Below, one piece after another: positions 1 to 7,748 of a stretch of 64,000 nucleotides of DNA. The stretch's first letter is position 1. The number at the start of each line of letters is the position of its first letter. This DNA is from an uncultured Clostridia bacterium (GTDB lineage Bacteria > Bacillota > Clostridia > TANB77 > CAG-508), in the NCBI GenBank assembly GCA_934122115.1, contig CAKOVU010000005.1, forward strand, positions 14,596 to 78,595. The letters run 5' to 3'. The notes under the pieces were generated by a model. That model was not told the DNA's origin. It searched no databases and was given only the letters and a program-made list of their open reading frames with translations. Position numbers and translations under genes: made by a program.

Positions 1-503
1 CAAAATATGTTGCTATGGTTGCAAATGGAGGAAAGAAGATAGATGTAACCATTGTAAAATCAATTGTTAATGCTGATGGCAGTGAAGTGCCAAGGAATGA
101 ATATGAAAGTTATGTAAATGGAAAATTAGGCTTAACAGAAGATGATACAGAAGAACTTAATTTCAGCCAAGAAAATATTAATGCTGTTCTAGAAGGTATG
201 AGAGGTGTTACCAGTGAATCTGGAGGAACTGCCTATAGCACATTTAAAGATTTCAACATAGAGGTTGGAGGAAAAACTGGCTCTGCTCAAACAGGAATTG
301 AAGGAAAAACAAATGCATGGTTTGTAGGTTTTGCTCCATTTGATGATCCAGAAATAGCAATAGTGGTATTTGTAAGAAATGGTGGCCATGGAGGCTATAC
401 AGCCGAAGTTGCAAAGGAAATAATAGCACAATATTTTGGAATGAATACAACCCAAGTTACAGAAGATACAACAGCTATACCAAGCGTAGAAATTATAAAC
501 TAG
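1..503 (+). CDS. Penicillin-binding protein 2-type transpeptidase, C-terminal fragment (5' end lies outside the window)
   Basis: Open from the window edge in frame 3. KTG box (GGKTGSAQ) and NAWFVGFAP motif. Lies directly upstream of minC, as in mre-pbp-min clusters. Confidence 0.8.
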   Translation, partial: KYVAMVANGGKKIDVTIVKSIVNADGSEVPRNEYESYVNGKLGLTEDDTEELNFSQENINAVLEGMRGVTSESGGTAYSTFKDFNIEVGGKTGSAQTGIEGKTNAWFVGFAPFDDPEIAIVVFVRNGGHGGYTAEVAKEIIAQYFGMNTTQVTEDTTAIPSVEIIN

Positions 504-518
504 AAAAGGGGTTAAAAA

Positions 519-1136
519 ATGAAGAACTGTATTACAATTAACACAAAGAAAGATAGCATAGTAATAAAGATTGATGAGAACGCAGAACAAGACGAGATAA
601 TGCAAGAGCTTAATCAGAAACTGATAGAATTAAAAAAATTGTATAAGGAAGATGATACTCCAATTACTGTAACAGGTAAGGTTTTGAAGAACAAAGAAAT
701 TGACCAAATACAGGAGGAAATTAAGAAAAATATAAATGTAAAAGTATTTTTTGACAGTCCTAGAATATTAGGATTACATGGAATTAAAAAAACTTTTAAT
801 AAAGATATAGCAACTTCAGAAACAAAGTTTCATAAAGGAGCATTAAGATCTGGCCAAAGAATTGAATTTGAAGGAAGCCTTGTAATACTTGGAGATGTAA
901 ATGACGGAGCAGAAGTAATAGCAAGTGAAAATATTGTTGTGCTAGGAGCACTAAGGGGGCTAGCGCATGCTGGAGCAAAAGGAAATAACGATGCTATGAT
1001 TGCAGCATCTTCTATAGAATCCCAACAAATAAGAATATCAAATGTAGTAAAAGAAATTGAAAGAGACGAGATAAACAAAGAAGAAATAAAAACATATGCA
1101 TACTTGGATAAGGACTGTAATATGGTTATAGAATAA
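519..1136 (+). CDS. minC: Septum site-determining protein MinC
   Basis: 205 aa. C-terminal beta-helix motif GSLVILGDVNDGAEVIASENIVVLGALRGLAHAG. RBS AAAGGGG upstream. Confidence 0.85.
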   Translation: MKNCITINTKKDSIVIKIDENAEQDEIMQELNQKLIELKKLYKEDDTPITVTGKVLKNKEIDQIQEEIKKNINVKVFFDSPRILGLHGIKKTFNKDIATSETKFHKGALRSGQRIEFEGSLVILGDVNDGAEVIASENIVVLGALRGLAHAGAKGNNDAMIAASSIESQQIRISNVVKEIERDEINKEEIKTYAYLDKDCNMVIE

Positions 1137-1140
1137 AAAT

Positions 1141-1175
1141 AAACTGAATTGAATAAATACTCAATTCAGTTTTTT
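1141..1175 (+). terminator. Rho-independent terminator after minC
   Basis: AAACTGAATTGA / TCAATTCAGTTT 12-bp stem followed by a T-run. Confidence 0.75.
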
Positions 1176-1185
1176 AAGTATATGT

Positions 1186-1509
1186 TTAACTTAGTAATAG
1201 CAAAACAAGTGCAAGAAGCAAATAAGTATCATCAATCTTTTCGTTATACAAGAAAAAGATTAAACAAATTAATAATATGTCATCAAAATATAAGTTTATA
1301 CCAAAAAGATTAAAGAATGGTTTTTGTTCGTTTTTAGGAGATGTAAGATTGTGTTGAGCTTTTGGAATGAAATGATTTGGTGATGGCTTGGGTTTGAAAC
1401 CATATCCACTATTTGGAGTGTTTTTACGAGGAATAGGTTTTGGAGGTGGAGGAGAACCCATATGCTGCATATAACTAGGAAATCCAAAGTATGGGTAGTT
1501 ATAAATCAT
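1186..1509 (-). CDS. Hypothetical proline-rich protein with hydrophobic C-terminal anchor
   Basis: 107 aa. The start overlaps the upstream stop (ATGA), suggesting translational coupling. PPPPKPIP tract and a C-terminal LLLALVLLLLS segment. Confidence 0.5.
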   Translation of the reverse strand: MIYNYPYFGFPSYMQHMGSPPPPKPIPRKNTPNSGYGFKPKPSPNHFIPKAQHNLTSPKNEQKPFFNLFGINLYFDDILLICLIFFLYNEKIDDTYLLLALVLLLLS

Positions 1510-1877
1510 TTCTTCCCACCACCGTCATGATTCATCATTTCAAAAACTTTCTCCATGTTAAATAGCTGAATATATTGTTCTACTTTATCTTGTCTACTAG
1601 GATTTAAATAGGGTTTTAATGAACGGAGCAAATTAACACGAGAACTTGATTGTTCACTATTAATGCTTTTCATTATTTGCTGCATCTTTAAAATTGTATT
1701 TATATCTATATTGGAAAAATCATTATTATTGGTGTTGGCAGATGAATCAGCATTTGAGGTAGACTTAGAAGAATTATTTATCACACTATTAAGCATATCT
1801 TTAACATTATCAGGTATTTCCTTACCACCAAGCATACTACTTAAATTTTTCATCATATCAGACATGTTATCTTCCAT
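1506..1877 (-). CDS. Hypothetical Ser/Asn-rich protein
   Basis: 123 aa. RBS GGTGGGGA 5 nt before the ATG. Coupled to the downstream ORF. Confidence 0.55.
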   Translation of the reverse strand: MEDNMSDMMKNLSSMLGGKEIPDNVKDMLNSVINNSSKSTSNADSSANTNNNDFSNIDINTILKMQQIMKSINSEQSSSRVNLLRSLKPYLNPSRQDKVEQYIQLFNMEKVFEMMNHDGGGKK

Positions 1878-1910
1878 AAAATCCCCACCATTCTAAAAAG
1901 ATTTGTATAA

Positions 1911-2063
1911 TTAGTTAGATTGATTTTTCTTTATTTGATTAATTATTTCATCTGCTTTAGGCGAATTTAATATTTTTGAAGCTTGTGATAAACCTTTTTC
2001 TAAATCTTTCTTATCCATTTTAGATAATAATTTCATAAGTTCAGACATATCCATATTTTCCAT
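1911..2063 (-). CDS. Small hypothetical protein (50 aa, below the ORF-track cutoff)
   Basis: Hand-translated: MENMDMSELMKLLSKMDKKDLEKGLSQASKILNSPKADEIINQIKKNQSN. Same strand as, and just upstream of, the 123-aa gene. Only a weak RBS (AAAGGA). Confidence 0.35.
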   Translation of the reverse strand: MENMDMSELMKLLSKMDKKDLEKGLSQASKILNSPKADEIINQIKKNQSN

Positions 2064-2188
2064 ATTAATAAAAATCCTTTCATTTTCTATATTGAAATAT
2101 ATTCAAAAATAAAGTATTTAATACTTGAAGAATAAATAAAATACTATATGTAATGATATAGTATTTTATAATAATATATGAATCACAT

Positions 2189-3436
2189 CTAAAAATGTGA
2201 ATGTTTTTTATTTAAGTATAAGTCTAATGCTGTTTCTGGAGTAGCATTACCGCTAAAAGATTTTATAGGAGCAAACTCATCGTTAGCATTAACTTCAAGC
2301 AAAGTAAAGTTATCAAAAAACTTAAAAGCGTCGAAAATAAATTTCTCGAACTTGAATGAATTTGGAGAAGATGGAACAACTTTCATTCCCTCGCCATTTA
2401 TAAAATCATTTTTCTTAAAAGCTCTGTGGTAAGGTAGGTCTACATTTATCATTTTTATAAAAGCATCTGTGCTAAATAAATGAGCAAGTATATTTATTTG
2501 ATTATAACAATAGTTACCATTATTATCTTGCAGTTGCTTCATTTCATCAGTTAAATTACTCGGAGAAATAATGCAAGGTCTATTATCAACATTAGCAAAA
2601 ATCCACTCTGATGAATTAATATCTGCCTTTCTAATAGATTTACTAGCCACACTACTTTCATTTGAAATAGTTAACCCTAGAAATAGAGGGTCAATAATAT
2701 CTAAAATAATATTGTCGATTCCGGCAATGGAAATCCATTTTATATTTTGATATAACAGAGTTTCAACTAAATGATATGTATTAAATGATTTAAAAACATC
2801 TCCATTGCCATTTGAAGCTTCTTTTATGGTGTAGATATTATCTAATATTACTTTACCATTTACATCTATAATTGGCAAAACATTTTGCTTGAAGAAGAAT
2901 ATTTTGTTACTTGGATATCCAAAATAATTTTTCATTTCAAAGAATGCTTTTGTTTGTTTATCATTAGAAGGGCTAGTCATTATGTACCAAGGAATGTAGC
3001 TACTATACTTTTTAGAAGCTTCAATTAGCTTATCACAAGTAAATTCAAATAACGATTTTTTTGGAGGTACATCAATTTCGTAAGAGCCTTTGGGACCTTT
3101 ATATCCTAGTCTAGTACCTTGCCCACCAGCTAAAGTTATTACTGCAACCTCACCTTTTCTTAGTGCTTTTTCACCTATAGAACAAAAATTAGAAACCGCT
3201 GTATTAGTGAAGTTCGCCTTTATAGAATAAGGAATAGGCGATATACGGGTAGGATTTATAGAATCATCTTTTTTCGAATTTTCTAGTAATAAATTCATCT
3301 TATTAAAATCAGTAGAAATAATCTGCTGAATAAGAGACTTTTTCTCTAAGTCTGTAAGTTCATCATAAAAATCAAGTAGATGTTCTTGACCATTATTTTT
3401 TAGTATATCAGAAGCAATTCTCAGTTCTTCTTCCAT
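2189..3436 (-). CDS. UDP-N-acetylhexosamine / UDP-sugar pyrophosphorylase (UAP family)
   Basis: LAGGQGTRLG nucleotidyltransferase loop and PNSFKFEKFIFD motif. Start moved to the second ATG (3436), which lies 5 nt after GGAGG; the track start at 3448 contains that RBS. Confidence 0.8.
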   Translation of the reverse strand: MEEELRIASDILKNNGQEHLLDFYDELTDLEKKSLIQQIISTDFNKMNLLLENSKKDDSINPTRISPIPYSIKANFTNTAVSNFCSIGEKALRKGEVAVITLAGGQGTRLGYKGPKGSYEIDVPPKKSLFEFTCDKLIEASKKYSSYIPWYIMTSPSNDKQTKAFFEMKNYFGYPSNKIFFFKQNVLPIIDVNGKVILDNIYTIKEASNGNGDVFKSFNTYHLVETLLYQNIKWISIAGIDNIILDIIDPLFLGLTISNESSVASKSIRKADINSSEWIFANVDNRPCIISPSNLTDEMKQLQDNNGNYCYNQINILAHLFSTDAFIKMINVDLPYHRAFKKNDFINGEGMKVVPSSPNSFKFEKFIFDAFKFFDNFTLLEVNANDEFAPIKSFSGNATPETALDLYLNKKHSHF

Positions 3437-3461
3437 AAAAACCTCCATTTGTTTTACTAGT

Positions 3462-4265
3462 CTAACAATTGGGACTAGCTGTCTTTAAGTGAAAAATAAT
3501 TTTATCTTTGCTAGGCATATCAGAATTTTGCAAATCTTTAATTTCTTTTTCAATATTGTAAGGAACTCTAACAAGAGTGATAGAAAAAGGAGCTAAAGAC
3601 TTAGAATTAAACTCACCTTCTAGTATATTATATGATGCTGGAGTAGAAAAGCGATTAGTTTTGTCATTTATGTCACCCATATTTTCCATTTCGATTGGAA
3701 CACCAACACTTCCAGGATTAAATATAGTTTTGTTCTTAAATCTAACTATATTAGGAGTGTGAATATGACCATATCCTACAACATCAGGAATAGGATCTTC
3801 AGAAGTTCTACCAATAAAGCTGGTGTTTGCAAATAAATCCATTGGGCTAAAAAGTTCATATGAAGAATATCTTGTTTCGGAATTAGAAAACATAGGATTA
3901 TATATGTAAGATAGCTCATATGGAGAAGCGTGAAATAAACGCACAAGCCTACCACTTAAATAAAATTCATGCATAACTGGAAGAGATTGCAAATAGGCTG
4001 CTCTTTCTTCGCCAATTTTTAATCTGGTCCATAAGCGCTTATCTAAGCCGTTTTTACAAGAAATTGCTTCATCACAATTACCTTTGATAATCACTTCACA
4101 ATTATTTCTTAATATATCAACTACTACGTCAGGGTTAGCACATTTTGTCACACTGTCACCAAGACAAAAAATTCTAGAGATACCTCTAGCTTTAATATCT
4201 GCTAATACAGTTTCTAATGCTGTTTTATTTCCATGAACATCACTTATAATTGCTATTCTTTCCAT
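3462..4265 (-). CDS. Calcineurin-like metallophosphoesterase
   Basis: Motifs DVHGN, GD, GNCD and GHIH in the canonical order. Confidence 0.8.
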   Translation of the reverse strand: MERIAIISDVHGNKTALETVLADIKARGISRIFCLGDSVTKCANPDVVVDILRNNCEVIIKGNCDEAISCKNGLDKRLWTRLKIGEERAAYLQSLPVMHEFYLSGRLVRLFHASPYELSYIYNPMFSNSETRYSSYELFSPMDLFANTSFIGRTSEDPIPDVVGYGHIHTPNIVRFKNKTIFNPGSVGVPIEMENMGDINDKTNRFSTPASYNILEGEFNSKSLAPFSITLVRVPYNIEKEIKDLQNSDMPSKDKIIFHLKTASPNC

Positions 4266-4424
4266 ATTTTATACTCTCTTTCTAACTAATGAATACATTA
4301 TATAATAAAAAACAAAAATAAGCAATATTTTAGATCAACAGCAAGAAATGACGTATTTTTATAAATAAGCAAAAGAAATAAATAAAAATAAGGAATAATG
4401 TAAAACTTTTGATTACGAAAAAGC

Positions 4425-4453
4425 TTGAAATAGAGGCACTTACATGCTAATAT
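4425..4453 (+). promoter_or_regulatory. Candidate sigma-A promoter for the ABC-transporter leader
   Basis: TTGAAA, 17-nt spacer, TGcTAATAT (extended -10). Confidence 0.35.
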
Positions 4454-4521
4454 AGTTATAGTTTTATAAAACACATATCAAAGAAATTTGTACAAGTTTC
4501 AAAAAATTTAATTTCTTATTT

Positions 4522-4547
4522 TGTACAATAATTCTCACAATTGTACA
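4522..4547. promoter_or_regulatory. Candidate operator palindrome TGTACAAT-N10-ATTGTACA
   Basis: 8-bp inverted repeat. A third TGTACA lies at 4489-4494. All three are downstream of the candidate promoter. Confidence 0.3.
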
Positions 4548-4765
4548 TAAAAATATTATTTTGCGTCTAAAAATTTCCCATAAGATAAACATAATTTTAA
4601 ATAAACACTTTAAAAAAGTGGCAGGTACGAAAGCTGCCCAATTAATCCCATATTAATTTAAAATGGCAAAAGGAGGTGGGAATTGATTAGTAAAATATAA
4701 AAAACATGCCCTATTTAATGATAAAAATATATAATATGCTAAACTTATAGCTAGTAGTTTGAATC

Positions 4766-4794
4766 AAAAGGTTGCCCGTAAAGGACAACCTTTT
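4766..4794 (+). terminator. Leader terminator/attenuator hairpin upstream of the ABC operon
   Basis: AAAAGGTTGCC...GGACAACCTTTT stem with a T-run, about 85 nt before the first transporter gene. Confidence 0.5.
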
Positions 4795-4878
4795 ATGGTT
4801 ACATAAAATCGCAATAGCATACACCAAATTTTAAAATATACATAAAATATATTATATAAATTAGCAAAGTTTATAAAT

Positions 4879-5655
4879 ATGAACATTATTGGGGTGAAAA
4901 ATATTGTGAAGGATACCGTTTTACAAGTAAAAAATATAAATAAAATATATCAAGCTAAAAATGGGGAAATACAAGCATTAAATAATATTAATTTTGAAAT
5001 AAAAAATGGTGAATTTGTTAGCATAATAGGACCAAGCGGATGTGGAAAATCTACATTATTATCTATTATTTCAGGATTAGAGGAAAAAACATCAGGAGAA
5101 ATATACATAGATAAAAAGGTAGGATATATGCTGCAAAAAGACAATTTATTAGAATGGAGAACTATTTTTAGTAATGTTTTATTTGGACTAGAAATTCAAA
5201 ACGCAAAAACTAAAGAGAATAAAGAATATGCAATTGAACTATTAAAAAAATATGAATTATATGAATTCAGGGACAAATTTCCAACACAGTTATCAGGAGG
5301 CATGAGGCAAAGAGTTGCATTAATACGTACATTAGCAATTAAACCAAAAATATTATTACTGGATGAAGCCTTTTCAGCTTTAGATTATCAAACCAGATTA
5401 ATGGTAACAGAAGATATATACAAAATATTAAAAAATGAAAAGATTACTGCAGTAATGGTAACACATGATATATCTGAAGCGATTAGTATGTCTGACAGAA
5501 TAATAGTATTAACTAAAAGACCTGCAACTGTAAAATGTATACATGATATTGACTTTGAAATGGATAACAGAACTCCTTTAAACTGTAGAGAAAGTCCTAA
5601 ATTTAGTAAATATTTCAATTTGCTATGGAAGGAGCTGAATGATGAAAAAAAGTAA
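4879..5655 (+). CDS. ABC transporter ATP-binding protein (NitT/TauT family)
   Basis: Walker A GPSGCGKST, signature LSGGMRQR, Walker B LLLDEA. The real start may be GTG at 4906, preceded by GGGGTGA. Confidence 0.9.
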   Translation: MNIIGVKNIVKDTVLQVKNINKIYQAKNGEIQALNNINFEIKNGEFVSIIGPSGCGKSTLLSIISGLEEKTSGEIYIDKKVGYMLQKDNLLEWRTIFSNVLFGLEIQNAKTKENKEYAIELLKKYELYEFRDKFPTQLSGGMRQRVALIRTLAIKPKILLLDEAFSALDYQTRLMVTEDIYKILKNEKITAVMVTHDISEAISMSDRIIVLTKRPATVKCIHDIDFEMDNRTPLNCRESPKFSKYFNLLWKELNDEKK

Positions 5656-6445
5656 TATCAAAGAGGTTTCAACAAGTAGAAGAAAATATTTAAAAGATAT
5701 TAGATTAAACAAAATAAAAATAATATTTACACAAGTAATGATAGTAGTAGTACTCATAGGATTATGGGAAATGATGGCACGACTAGGAAAAATAGATAGC
5801 TTTATTACCAGCCAGCCCTCTAGAATAGTAAAAACATTTGCTAATTTATCTTCTAACAATTTATTAGAGCATTTAAAAATAACATGTATTGAAACATTAG
5901 TAGGATTTATATTAGGAAGCCTGATGGGAACAATTATAGCAATGATTTTATGGTGGTTCCCATTTATTTCAAAAGTTTCTGAACCATTTTTGGTAATATT
6001 AAACAGCCTTCCAAAAGTAGCTTTAGGACCAATAATTATAATATGGGTAGGAGCTGGAATGCCTGCTATTATAGTAATGGCGTTAGCAATTTCCTTAATA
6101 GTAACAATATTAGATATACTAAACGGATTTATCAATACAGACAAAGAAAAAATAAAAATGGCTCAAACTTTTAATGCAAATAGATGGCAGATATTAACAA
6201 AAATAATAATACCAGCAAACTTACAAACATTTTTTAATACATTAAAGGTAAATATAGGATTATCATTAGTAGGAGTTATATCAGGAGAATTCTTGGTTTC
6301 AAAAGGAGGCCTTGGCTATTTAATAGTATATGGTGGGCAGGTATTTCAATTAGATTTAGTAATGACTAGTGTAATTATTTTAGCAATAGTAGCAGCTATA
6401 ATGTACGAAAGCATAGTGTTGTTAGAAAAAATTGTAATTAAATAA
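5639..6445 (+). CDS. ABC transporter permease (NitT/TauT family)
   Basis: Multi-TM BPD-type permease. Overlaps the ATPase gene stop. Confidence 0.9.
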   Translation: MMKKSNIKEVSTSRRKYLKDIRLNKIKIIFTQVMIVVVLIGLWEMMARLGKIDSFITSQPSRIVKTFANLSSNNLLEHLKITCIETLVGFILGSLMGTIIAMILWWFPFISKVSEPFLVILNSLPKVALGPIIIIWVGAGMPAIIVMALAISLIVTILDILNGFINTDKEKIKMAQTFNANRWQILTKIIIPANLQTFFNTLKVNIGLSLVGVISGEFLVSKGGLGYLIVYGGQVFQLDLVMTSVIILAIVAAIMYESIVLLEKIVIK

Positions 6446-6459
6446 AGGAAGGTAGATTT

Positions 6460-7470
6460 ATGAAAAAAATTATTATTGGCATAATATGTGTGGTACTTAT
6501 AATAACAGGTATAGTAGTTTATATGGTAAACAGTAATAAAGGTGAAGAAGTAGCACGAACAAAGAAAATTCAATTAAACGAAGTAACACGTTCTGTATTT
6601 TATGCACCTCAATATTTAGCAATTGCAAACGGGTACTTTGCAGATGAAAACATGGAAATAGAAATTACAACAGGTCAAGGAGCAGATAAAGTAATGACTG
6701 CTATATTAGCAGGTCAAAGTGATATAGGTCTTTGTGGACCAGAAGCAGCTATATACGTGTATAATGAGGGAAAAGAAGATTATGTAGAAGTATTTGCACA
6801 ATTAACAAAAAGAGATGGATCATTTTTAGTAAGTAAAAACCCAACTGATAATTTTTCATGGAAAGATTTGATTGGAAAAACAGTAATACCAGGGAGAAAA
6901 GGCGGAGTGCCATACATGACTTTTGAATATGTGCTTAAACAAAATGGAATAAACCCACAAACAGATTTAGTTTTAGATGATAGCATTAAATTCGACTTGA
7001 TGGCAGGAGCTTTCACAGGAGGTACAGCAGAATATGTAACCCTATTTGAACCAACAGCATCAATGACAGAAGCAGCAGGAAAAGGCTATGTAGTAGCATC
7101 AGTAGGAAAAGAAGCTGGAGAAATACCATATACAGCATATTGTGCAAAGAAAAGTTATATACAAAACAATAAAGATACAGTGGAAGGATTTACTAGAGCT
7201 ATTTACAGAGGTCAAAAATGGGTAAAAGAGCATACTGCACAAGAAATAGCAGAAAAAATAAAAGATTTCTTCCCAAGCACAACTGTAGAAGCACTAGCAG
7301 AATCAGTTCAATCTTACAAAGATATAGATGCTTGGAATGAAACACCATATCTAAAAAAAGAAGCGCTTGATAAATTACAAGAAGTAATGAAAGAAGCAGG
7401 AGAACTAGAGAAAGAAGCGCCATATGAAAAAATAGTAAACAATTCTTTTGCAGAAAAAGTAACAAAATAA
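6460..7470 (+). CDS. ABC substrate-binding protein, NMT1/THI5-like
   Basis: N-terminal anchor, then an SBP fold typical of sulfonate/nitrate/HMP binders. Operon position supports the call. Confidence 0.75.
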   Translation: MKKIIIGIICVVLIITGIVVYMVNSNKGEEVARTKKIQLNEVTRSVFYAPQYLAIANGYFADENMEIEITTGQGADKVMTAILAGQSDIGLCGPEAAIYVYNEGKEDYVEVFAQLTKRDGSFLVSKNPTDNFSWKDLIGKTVIPGRKGGVPYMTFEYVLKQNGINPQTDLVLDDSIKFDLMAGAFTGGTAEYVTLFEPTASMTEAAGKGYVVASVGKEAGEIPYTAYCAKKSYIQNNKDTVEGFTRAIYRGQKWVKEHTAQEIAEKIKDFFPSTTVEALAESVQSYKDIDAWNETPYLKKEALDKLQEVMKEAGELEKEAPYEKIVNNSFAEKVTK

Positions 7471-7474
7471 ATTT

Positions 7475-7510
7475 AAAAGCATGCACTGATTAAAGAAAGT
7501 GCATGCTTTT
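7475..7510 (+). terminator. Rho-independent terminator after the ABC operon
   Basis: AAAAGCATGCAC / GTGCATGCTTTT stem. Confidence 0.8.
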
Positions 7511-7748
7511 ACCGCAATTTATTGCTTTTCGTATTGTAATTTATAACAAAATAAGATAAAATAAGCTAGATAATTTGTTATATGAAAAGAAATTAAATAA
7601 AAATAAATAAAATATAATAAAAATATATCACAAGATGTAAAAAACTTTTTTAAATTTTGTATTTAAAACGACAAATAAATTAAATCAAATGTATTAAAAT
7701 GTGAAGCAGTTTTAAAGAACAAAAGTAAAAAAGTAAGAGGTGGTAAGG

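Noticed and set aside
4560-4800. TPP (or SAM) riboswitch upstream of the NMT1/THI5-like ABC operon
   Set aside because: One is expected from the gene context. However, I could not find the conserved CUGAGA / ACCUGAUCUGGAUAAUGCCAGCG-type cores or S-box elements. The region is kept only as an unclassified structured leader.
5623-6144. 173-aa minus-strand ORF
   Set aside because: It is antisense to the ABC permease gene. The same reasoning applies to 9197-9889 (spoIIE), 8219-8647, 27750-28280 (VirB6-like tail), 21017-21568 and 21465-21965 (pilin-like genes), 38416-38895 (fusA), 43805-44365 (comEC), 51933-52433 (topB), 55568-55981 (murA), 59943-60398 (ftsA) and the other short shadow ORFs in the track.
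7660-7740. Spo0A boxes upstream of spoIIE
   Set aside because: Only one weak match (TTGTCGT on the minus strand near 7667-7673), which is not enough to call.
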